Positions 57,260 through 64,000 of a stretch of DNA of 64,000 bases are shown one piece after another. The stretch is from Armatimonadota bacterium (lineage in GTDB: Bacteria; Armatimonadota; SYMT01): the NCBI GenBank assembly GCA_041690135.1, contig JAWLHY010000017.1, positions 16,544 through 80,543 of the forward strand, written 5' to 3'. Below the pieces are notes generated by a model. That model was not told the origin of the DNA. It saw only the letters and a list, made by a program, of their open reading frames with translations, and ran no database searches. Positions within the stretch are counted from its first letter, which is position 1. Every line of letters begins with the position of its first letter. The position numbers were made by a program, and so were the translations under genes.

Positions 57260-58494
57260 CAGCTCAACCCGACCAGTCGCTCGTAGAGGCGGCGGTACCT
57301 CCGGCCGCCCACCTGGGCCAGATCGAAGTGCCGGACCGCGGCCTCCCGGCAGCGGTTGGCGCTATCGGGCTCGCTGCGGAGGCGGTCCGCCGTTTCCAAA
57401 GCGCGAGCGTACCCTTCCGGACCTAATGGATCCACTATCACCCCCACCCGCTCCCCGGTGACCAGGGCGTCCACGTCACCAATTCCCCCGTTACACACTA
57501 CGGGTAATCCGGACGCGAGGTATTCGGCTAGTTTCGTTGGCGAGGATGCCAGCTTCGAATAGCACGGCTTGATGAAGGACAGGGCCAGGTCCGCTCCGCG
57601 CAGGTAGCGGGGAATCTCGCCGGGCGCAACCCGTCGGATGAGGCAATCGGTTTCCGGGACGCCCGCGGCGCGCAGGGGCTCACGGATCAGTTCCGGAGAA
57701 CTTTGGGTCAGGATCAGCGAAAAGGTTGTGGGGTCCTGGCGGTGCGCCTCGCCCAGGAAGTCGGCCATCTCTGCTGTGAGGTACCACCCGCCCAACGCCC
57801 CGACGTACGCGATCACGCGCCGCCCTTCCCAGTGGAACTCCCTCCGGACCTCTGCACGGGATGCGGTTTCCATTTCTGCGAACCGCTGCAGGTCCACGCA
57901 GCACGGAATAACGGCGAGCGGCCGCCCCTGGTCGTCCGTGTCGGTGCAACCGGGGAAAAGGATCTCCCGGGCTCGCTCCGTGAGAACGACCATGGCGTCC
58001 GCCGCCTGAAGGAGCTTCCCTTCGGCGGTTTTGGTCAGCCGGTAGTGGACTCCCCCTTGCTTCCAGATACCGGCGTCCACGTACTCTTCCGGCATGAACC
58101 CGCGGATGTCGAAGATCAGCTTGCCCCCCGCCAGGCGCTTCGCCAGGGCGCCCATCGCTGCCGCCATGTGCCCCCGTGCATGGTAAATGCCGATCCCTTC
58201 GCGGCGGGCAAGCCGCGCCGCGAAGCGCGCCCCGACCAGAATATCGAACACCGTGGCCGGCAAGGAGGGACGCTTATGGTAGGGAAGGTAACACCAGCGA
58301 ATCCCTTCCGCTGCCAGCCGATCCGACCAGAATTGTATTTCTCGGGCCTCCCACGCGCGGGCCAGGTCCGGCTCGAAGGTGAGGAGACTCACCCCTACGC
58401 CCCCGTCCCGCAGTTGTCGTAGGTACGGTAGCACCTGGGTCTGGACCAATGGCTCCCGCAGTCCGAAGTAGCAGAGATAGAGCGTCCGAGTCAC
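57259..58494 (-). CDS. Glycosyltransferase group 1 (GT-B)
   Basis: C-terminal GT1 motifs (EYLASGLPVVCNGGIGDVDALV). Confidence 0.75.
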   Translation of the reverse strand: MTRTLYLCYFGLREPLVQTQVLPYLRQLRDGGVGVSLLTFEPDLARAWEAREIQFWSDRLAAEGIRWCYLPYHKRPSLPATVFDILVGARFAARLARREGIGIYHARGHMAAAMGALAKRLAGGKLIFDIRGFMPEEYVDAGIWKQGGVHYRLTKTAEGKLLQAADAMVVLTERAREILFPGCTDTDDQGRPLAVIPCCVDLQRFAEMETASRAEVRREFHWEGRRVIAYVGALGGWYLTAEMADFLGEAHRQDPTTFSLILTQSSPELIREPLRAAGVPETDCLIRRVAPGEIPRYLRGADLALSFIKPCYSKLASSPTKLAEYLASGLPVVCNGGIGDVDALVTGERVGVIVDPLGPEGYARALETADRLRSEPDSANRCREAAVRHFDLAQVGGRRYRRLYERLVGLS

Positions 58495-59312
58495 GCTCGG
58501 GCTCCTCGCGACGGCGGGCGGAGCCAGGCTGCCAACTGCGAGACGCGGGCGGCGAACGCAGGCACGTCGTCGAAGTCACCCACCAGTGTCCTGCGCAATG
58601 CGAAGAGGGAGGTGAAGTCGTCGTTGGCTCCCGGGTCGGTGGTCAGCGCGCAGGAGTATCCCAGTGATTCGGCGACCCGGCAGAGGTCCGGGGTGTAACT
58701 TCCATACGGAAAGGCAAACGGCATCTCACGGGCTCCCAACTCACTCCCGATGCGCTCCTGGGACGCCCGCAACTCCCGCTCCGCCTCCGCTGGGTCGATC
58801 TGTGCCAGCTTCGGATGGCTGCAGGTGTGGGAGCCGAAGTCGAACGTGGTCCCGCCGGCGAGGCGCCGGGCCTCTGCCCATGAAAGTGCCTGCTGATCGT
58901 CGAGCGGCGACCACGACAGGGTGGGTTCGTCCTCTTGCCGCTGGCGGTCGGCGATCAGAAAAACAGTGGCCGGAAAGTCGTGCTTCCGCAGGCGGGGTGC
59001 TGCGACCGTCAGAAAGTTGCGGTACCCGTCATCAAAGGTCAACACCACGGAGTAGGCGGGGAGAGGTCTTCGTTCCTGTCGCGCTCGCAAGAACTCCCGT
59101 AGGGACAGCACGTGGTAGTGTCGGGCGAGATAGGCAAGCTGGGCCTCAAAACGCGCGGCGCGCACGTGCAGCCCGGCTGGGTCCTCCGGGCTGGCTTCTT
59201 GCCGGCAAGTGACGCCGTGGTAACAGAGGATCACCGTGCGCCTGCGGTTGAGCCAGGCGGCCAAGCGCGTGAGGCCGCAGCAGTGCAAAAGGGCGAACAG
59301 GTACCGCTTCAT
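58491..59312 (-). CDS. Polysaccharide deacetylase (NodB-homology / CE4) family protein
   Basis: ILCYHGV...VVLTFDDGYRNF (TFDDG metal-binding motif). The start was chosen at MKRYLF; the ORF is open to 59501. Confidence 0.75.
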   Translation of the reverse strand: MKRYLFALLHCCGLTRLAAWLNRRRTVILCYHGVTCRQEASPEDPAGLHVRAARFEAQLAYLARHYHVLSLREFLRARQERRPLPAYSVVLTFDDGYRNFLTVAAPRLRKHDFPATVFLIADRQRQEDEPTLSWSPLDDQQALSWAEARRLAGGTTFDFGSHTCSHPKLAQIDPAEAERELRASQERIGSELGAREMPFAFPYGSYTPDLCRVAESLGYSCALTTDPGANDDFTSLFALRRTLVGDFDDVPAFAARVSQLAAWLRPPSRGARA

Positions 59313-60109
59313 CGGCTCCCCGCGCTGCCTAGCGGCTTGCGATAGCGGCCGATGTAGCCATGAGCGAGGAACGATGGCAGTGCGGCGCGGGTGGCATGGC
59401 AGCGCTCGAACGGAGCGTTCAGGCGCATGCAGATGCCTGGCGCCAAACGGGGTAGGGGATAGGGTAGCGGTGTGAAATGATACTGCGCGCCGGCCTCCCA
59501 CTCCAGACCCGCGCGGCGGGCAGCCGCGTCCAGTTCATCCGGCTGGAGGCAGAGGCGCGGCAATCGATCCGCGCTGCCCAGACCCAGGAGGCGCGCCGCG
59601 CCCCGGAGCGGCGCCGTTAGCGAGATCATCACGCGGTCTACATGCATCCGCTTGGGCACTGTCACCAGTGCCACGCCTCCCGGTTTCAGAATGCGCCGGA
59701 TTTCCCGCAGGGCCTTGTCGGGAGTTTCCAGGTATTCAAGCACCGCCATGCAGATCACGGTGTCGTAGGTATCGTCCGGCAACGCCAGCGCCTCGATGTC
59801 GCCCTGTCGAAAGCTGACCTCCGGAACGCCCTGGAACCGTACGGACGCTTCTCGCACCATTTCCGGAGAGTAATCGATACCCAGGAAGGCGCCGCCCCTT
59901 TCCCGGATGGCTTCCACCATTACGCCGGGCCCGCATCCCAGGTCGACCACCTGTCCCGGCCGTTCCGGAAGCAACTCCAGGATACGGGCGCGGCGGACGT
60001 GGAAGTGATAGGTGAAGCCATCCGCCACCGCATAGAGCCGGGACCAATCCCCGGAGGCGGAAAGGCGGTCGAAATGCTCCAGGACAGCTTGTTTATCCGC
60101 TGACGACAC
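59309..60109 (-). CDS. Class I SAM-dependent methyltransferase
   Basis: SAM motif I VVDLGCGPGVM and motif post-I FLGIDYSPEM. Confidence 0.75.
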   Translation of the reverse strand: MSSADKQAVLEHFDRLSASGDWSRLYAVADGFTYHFHVRRARILELLPERPGQVVDLGCGPGVMVEAIRERGGAFLGIDYSPEMVREASVRFQGVPEVSFRQGDIEALALPDDTYDTVICMAVLEYLETPDKALREIRRILKPGGVALVTVPKRMHVDRVMISLTAPLRGAARLLGLGSADRLPRLCLQPDELDAAARRAGLEWEAGAQYHFTPLPYPLPRLAPGICMRLNAPFERCHATRAALPSFLAHGYIGRYRKPLGSAGSR

Positions 60110-61127
60110 CGGTCTCCGTTCCTCTCACCGTTTCGGGTCGCGACCCGAGGTAGGCCTGGAGCCACCCCACAAGCGACGCTGTTTCCACAATAGCCCATAC
60201 GGCCGCCGTACCCAACACCCGGTGCGGGGCCAGCAGCCAGCCGATGCTGCGCGAATCCCGGCGGATCCACATGCCGCGGACCACCCTCGCTAACCAGAGT
60301 AGCGGGGGCGCCGCGGCCCATGCGGGTGAGGCCGCCAGCGCCAGAACCAGGAAGCCGCCGCAGAGGAGATAGAACCGGGCGAGGCCGTAATGCCACTGGC
60401 GCTGGCGGCCCGCCCATGCGTTATGCCGGGAGAACGTCGAAAATCGGCGGAACAGGGCCGCGGGGGAGGGCGGGAGCTTCCACCAGATGGTGGCTTCCGA
60501 TGCCCACGCGGCCGGGATCTCCGCCGCCGCGACTCGCTCCATGAAGATCAGGTCTTCAGCAGCGCGCAGATCCGGAAAGCTTCCCACGCGGCTCCAGGTG
60601 TCTTTATGGACCAGGCTAGAGGCAATGAACGGTCCGCGCATGACGCCTCCCGGCCGCGGGGAGCGGGGATGGACGAAGACGAGGGCTTCGCACTCTTCAA
60701 AGAACGACCGCACCTCCGGCTCGAAGTTCCCGTATACGATCCCGGCTTCGGGTTGGGACCGGGCCGCATCCCAAAGCCTGGAGAGCCACTGCGGCTCGAG
60801 GCGGATCCCGGCGTCCGTGAGGGCAATCCAGTCGCACCGCGCGGCCGCGATCCCCACGTTCCGCCCGCGGCCCGGCGTGGCGGGTCCCGCCTCGATAATC
60901 CGGTATCTCGGATCCTCGGCTGTGAGTTCCCGTGCCAGTTCAACGGTGCCGTCCGTCGACGCGCCATCCACCAGGATGATTTCGGACGGCTGCAGTTCCT
61001 GGGCCTGGATCGTTTCAATCAGGGCCCGCAGTGTACCCTCTTCATCGCGCATGGGAACCACCAGGGCGATCTCGGGCCGAGCGGCCTCCGAGTTGGGTGC
61101 GGAAATCAGTTCTGCAGGATGATCCAT
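60093..61127 (-). CDS. Glycosyltransferase family 2 (GT-A) with C-terminal membrane anchor
   Basis: ALVVPMRDEEGTL, the DGASTDGT DxD-like motif, and a C-terminal hydrophobic segment. Confidence 0.75.
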   Translation of the reverse strand: MDHPAELISAPNSEAARPEIALVVPMRDEEGTLRALIETIQAQELQPSEIILVDGASTDGTVELARELTAEDPRYRIIEAGPATPGRGRNVGIAAARCDWIALTDAGIRLEPQWLSRLWDAARSQPEAGIVYGNFEPEVRSFFEECEALVFVHPRSPRPGGVMRGPFIASSLVHKDTWSRVGSFPDLRAAEDLIFMERVAAAEIPAAWASEATIWWKLPPSPAALFRRFSTFSRHNAWAGRQRQWHYGLARFYLLCGGFLVLALAASPAWAAAPPLLWLARVVRGMWIRRDSRSIGWLLAPHRVLGTAAVWAIVETASLVGWLQAYLGSRPETVRGTETGVVSG

Positions 61128-61202
61128 CTTACATCACCGGGTGACGGCGCCGCTCACGTGAGCCGAAGCAGGCGTTTCGAGGTCCGGGAAGCGCGAGGCG
61201 AC

Positions 61203-62333
61203 TTATACCGAACCGCCGAGCGACTCATAGAGGCGCTGGTACGCCGCGGCGGTGGTATTGGCTCCCAGGTGCTCCAGAAGGTAGCGGCGGCCCTCGCGGC
61301 CGAGGTGCCGCGCCCGCTCCGGCTCCTCCGCCAACTCGATGAGTGCCGAGGCCAGCGCGGTGCTGTCTCCCTTCGGAACGAGGAGGCCCCGCTCGTTTTC
61401 GCCCAGCACGTCCGGCGCGGCGCCCACGGGGGTCATCACCAACGGTCGTTCGAGCGCCAGTCCCTCCATCAACACCTGGCAGAACGACTCGCACAGCGAA
61501 GGAATGGCGACCGCGTCCGCCATCGCGACCCAGTCCAGAGCGTTGTCGCGCCAGCCGGCAAAGTATACGGAATTCTCGATCCCCAGTTTCGCGGCCTGCA
61601 GCCGGAGGCTCGCCTCGCGCGGCCCGCTCCCGACCAGCACCACCCGCAGGTTCGGCCGGCGCGCGCGAACGGCGGGTACCGCCTCCAGGAGGTGCTCTAG
61701 GCCCTTCTCCGGGTTCAACCGGCAGCACGCGAGCACCACGTAGTTCCCTTCCAGTCCGTGCTCCCGGCGAATCCGGGCGGGTGCGTCCGGGGTAGAGGGC
61801 CGGTAGCGTTCGAAATCGAGGCCGAAGGGGATCACCTCCACCTTCCCGGCCGGCACCCGCTGGCGTTCCGTCAGCAGTCGGGCGATATCCTTCGCCGGAA
61901 CGGCGATCCGGTCCGCCGTCCGGTTAGAAAACCCTTCGCCCTGGAGGATCACCTTCTGCTTCCATCCACGGGTCAGGTAGTAGATGTGGTCTGAGTAATG
62001 ACGGCCCACCACGTAAGCCGGAACGCGTGCCAGCCTCACCGCGAGGGCGGCTATCAGGTTCTCGTGGTAGTGGTGCGCCTGGAGGACGTGGGGACGGAAC
62101 TCTCGAATCTCCCGCAGCAGTTCTCGCAGCATCCGTCCCCAGTTTCGGGGGCCACACGACTGGTTCAGGCACCGGGTGGCATACGCTTCCACGGGGCGAT
62201 AGGGCGCGACCTGGCGTGGCGGGACACCGGTCAACGCGCGGACGTCGAACCGCTTCCGGTCCAACCGCGTGAGCACCACATCGATGATATCCCAGCGGTT
62301 GATGATCCCGGCGAAGTGAAGAATGCGGAGCAA
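61203..62333 (-). CDS. Glycosyltransferase group 1 (GT-B)
   Basis: GT1 C-terminal motif (ESFCQVLMEGLALERPLVMTPVG). Confidence 0.75.
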   Translation of the reverse strand: MLRILHFAGIINRWDIIDVVLTRLDRKRFDVRALTGVPPRQVAPYRPVEAYATRCLNQSCGPRNWGRMLRELLREIREFRPHVLQAHHYHENLIAALAVRLARVPAYVVGRHYSDHIYYLTRGWKQKVILQGEGFSNRTADRIAVPAKDIARLLTERQRVPAGKVEVIPFGLDFERYRPSTPDAPARIRREHGLEGNYVVLACCRLNPEKGLEHLLEAVPAVRARRPNLRVVLVGSGPREASLRLQAAKLGIENSVYFAGWRDNALDWVAMADAVAIPSLCESFCQVLMEGLALERPLVMTPVGAAPDVLGENERGLLVPKGDSTALASALIELAEEPERARHLGREGRRYLLEHLGANTTAAAYQRLYESLGGSV

Positions 62334-62421
62334 GGGAGTAAAGCGAGCGACGAGACGTGTTTCGGACGTTCAATGCCTGGTCCGGCAGGCGCGACGGGGT
62401 TCACGGGCTGTTGCGAGACGC

Positions 62422-62442
62422 ATTGCGTATTGCGTAATGCGT
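62422..62442. repeat. Heptanucleotide tandem repeat (ATTGCGT x2 + AATGCGT) in intergenic/promoter region
   Basis: attgcgt attgcgt aatgcgt. It shares the ATTGC core with the repeats at 24662 and 34949 and lies between two GT genes. Confidence 0.5.
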
Positions 62443-62538
62443 GAAGAAAGTAGGGCGGCTCGATTAGTGGGCAGGATGGGGGCACTCGGACTGATTGCTG
62501 CCTTCCGCCTACTGTCCTCTACCGGCTGTCGCCCCCAT

Positions 62539-63525
62539 TCATCCTTCATCCTTCACCCTTCCGGAGGCAGTTTCCAGCCCTTCCTGGTAGCCACGATAGA
62601 TGGCCGCACCGAGCAAGAGGCGGTAGAGGCGCCACAGGACAGGGGGCCACGGGCACACCCTTTCGAGGAGGGCGCACTTGGCGAAAAGCGCCGCCGAAAG
62701 CGGCCTCCAGTTCAAAAGCCGTTTGAGTTGCTTGCGCGCCCAGAGAGACGGCGGGTCGGTGTCCCACTGGGGCGGGGAGTTCTCTCTACGGATGTCCGGG
62801 CGGGGGTAGGCCTCCCCCCACTTGGCGGCGAAGAGCGGTTCCGAGCGGGTGTAGGAACGCTGGCGCTCGCAGTAGTCGCGGATCGTAAAACCGGCCCAGT
62901 CGTTGTGAACACCCAGTAGCGCGGGGACATACAGGATCCGGATGCCCTGCTGCCAGGCGCGCATGGCCAGGTCGAGGTCCTCGACACTCGCAATGCCGTA
63001 AGACTCATCGAACCCACCGAAGCGTTCGAAGTCCGTCCGGGGCATCGAAACATTCTGCGCCGTGAGACCGCGCGCTTCGCGGGGCGGGGCATCCGGCGGA
63101 TCGTAGTTGAACAGCGTGCGCCGGAACCGTCCGAAGGGGGTCTTCTCCTGTTCCGGCAGGTTGACCAACTGACCGACGATCCAGCACCCCGCATTTCTCC
63201 GCAACGCTTCGAAATGTCCCTGTACGAACCCGGGCTGCACGAGAATGTCGTTGTCCAGGAACAGGATGAACTCGCCACGGGCGGCTGCAGCGGCGGCGTT
63301 GCGCGCCCGCCCGGCGCCCGCAACCGGCTCGTGAACCAGGCGCAGGGGCACCGGCAGTTGGGCTTCGGCCACTACCTGGTCTGTGTCGTCGCTACAGCAG
63401 TTGTTGACCACGACCACTTCCCAGGCGAAGCTGCACTCCTGCGCTGCGAGGCCCGCCAGAGTCAGCGCCAGGGCATCCGAGCGGTTGTGGGTCGGAATGA
63501 GCACGCTCAGGGCCGGTTCGGGCAT
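62539..63525 (-). CDS. Glycosyltransferase family 2 (GT-A)
   Basis: LSVLIPTHNRSDALALTLAGLAAQ and a DxD motif. Confidence 0.75.
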   Translation of the reverse strand: MPEPALSVLIPTHNRSDALALTLAGLAAQECSFAWEVVVVNNCCSDDTDQVVAEAQLPVPLRLVHEPVAGAGRARNAAAAAARGEFILFLDNDILVQPGFVQGHFEALRRNAGCWIVGQLVNLPEQEKTPFGRFRRTLFNYDPPDAPPREARGLTAQNVSMPRTDFERFGGFDESYGIASVEDLDLAMRAWQQGIRILYVPALLGVHNDWAGFTIRDYCERQRSYTRSEPLFAAKWGEAYPRPDIRRENSPPQWDTDPPSLWARKQLKRLLNWRPLSAALFAKCALLERVCPWPPVLWRLYRLLLGAAIYRGYQEGLETASGRVKDEG

Positions 63526-63526
63526 G

Positions 63527-64000
63527 TTAGCGGGCCGCCTTTCGAGCCCGGACTACCCGATCGTAGACCGCCGTCACCTGCTCCCGGAACACCTCGGGCG
63601 AACAGGTCGCCCGTGCGTAGTCGATCATCCGTGGTCCGTCCCAACTCTCCATACGACAACCCAGGTTACGGATGGCATCCGCCAGGTTCTCGGGGGATCG
63701 AGGCGGCACCAGGACTCCGGCCCAATTGGGAATCAACTCCGGCAGCGCTCCGACCGCGCACCCCAGGACGGGACGCCCGCACGCCAGTGCCTCCAGATAG
63801 GCCATCCCGTAAGTCTCATAGTCGCTGGGGATGACCAACGCGTGGGCCGCCCGCAGCCGGTCGGCCACCTCGGACGGTGGGAGCCAGCCCCGGAATGCGA
63901 TCTGCTCCTGCACCTCCAACTTCCGCGCCAGCGCTTCGAAGTCCGCCCGCGCGGGACCGTCACCCAGCACCTCCAGCCGGAAGGGGAGGGCTTCCTGCTT
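63527..64000 (-). CDS. Glycosyltransferase group 1 (GT-B), C-terminal part only (gene continues beyond window)
   Basis: C-terminal GT1 motif EALACGRPVLGCAVGALPELI. The ORF is open to the window end. Confidence 0.6.
   Translation of the reverse strand, partial: KQEALPFRLEVLGDGPARADFEALARKLEVQEQIAFRGWLPPSEVADRLRAAHALVIPSDYETYGMAYLEALACGRPVLGCAVGALPELIPNWAGVLVPPRSPENLADAIRNLGCRMESWDGPRMIDYARATCSPEVFREQVTAVYDRVVRARKAAR

Noticed and set aside
1-64000. CRISPR arrays, rRNA, tRNA, IS elements or integrases
   Set aside because: I saw no direct-repeat/spacer periodicity, no transposase or integrase-like ORF, and no region with rRNA- or tRNA-like conservation or cloverleaf-sized non-coding gaps. The intergenic regions are short and mostly hairpins or promoters.

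Overview
This is a 64-kb, high-GC window (about 67-68% GC by eye, with strong GC3 bias in coding regions). Its gene content points to Planctomycetota, or possibly Acidobacteriota/Verrucomicrobiota, because of two DUF1549/DUF1553(PSCyt) + DUF1501 gene pairs, DUF1080, sulfatases and many beta-propeller proteins. It is densely coding with no rRNA, tRNA or CRISPR array that I can see. I did not recognise one self-contained candidate system; the strongest unexplained items are the pentapeptide-repeat::LspA fusion and the ATTGNNN heptamer tandem repeats at three loci (one of them in frame inside a CDS). The layout, in order, is as follows. (1) 1-7.8 kb: two tandem sulfatases (the first is 5'-truncated by the window edge), a membrane-anchored hypothetical, an ASST-like secreted beta-propeller, an MFS transporter and a DUF1080 hydrolase, which together suggest sulfated-glycan utilisation. 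(2) 7.9-13.3 kb: a plus-strand operon DUF1549/1553 - DUF1501 - WD40 - PQQ-like propeller, followed by a perfect 14-bp hairpin. (3) 13.3-14.9 kb: a low-GC island of fragmented ORFs. (4) 14.9-18.0 kb: a 1033-aa GAF/PAS hybrid sensor kinase, divergent from glpF-glpK at 18.3-20.6 kb, which has an intrinsic terminator. (5) 20.7-31 kb: an ankyrin/TM protein, a small membrane protein, a second DUF1501 + PSCyt/DUF1549/DUF1553 pair on the minus strand, a HEAT-repeat protein, a frameshifted ankyrin gene and an N,N-dimethylformamidase-large-subunit-like protein. (6) 31-33.7 kb: a flotillin (YqiK-like) / NfeD (YqiJ-like) pair. (7) 33.9-38.9 kb: a plus-strand run FAH-family hydrolase - 78-aa ORF - MobA-like NTP-transferase - MBL-fold hydrolase (ATGA-coupled) - pentapeptide-repeat::LspA fusion - paralogous pentapeptide-repeat protein. 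(8) 38.7-64.0 kb: a roughly 25-kb minus-strand exopolysaccharide/glycan-biosynthesis locus. It contains a Wzc-type tyrosine autokinase with its PHP tyrosine phosphatase, Wzy_C membrane proteins, a WecA/MraY-like GT, a bifunctional fucokinase/GDP-fucose pyrophosphorylase (Fkp-like), AsnB-type amidotransferase, two SAM methyltransferases, a polysaccharide deacetylase, a hexapeptide acetyltransferase and 8 glycosyltransferases, and it runs off the window edge.
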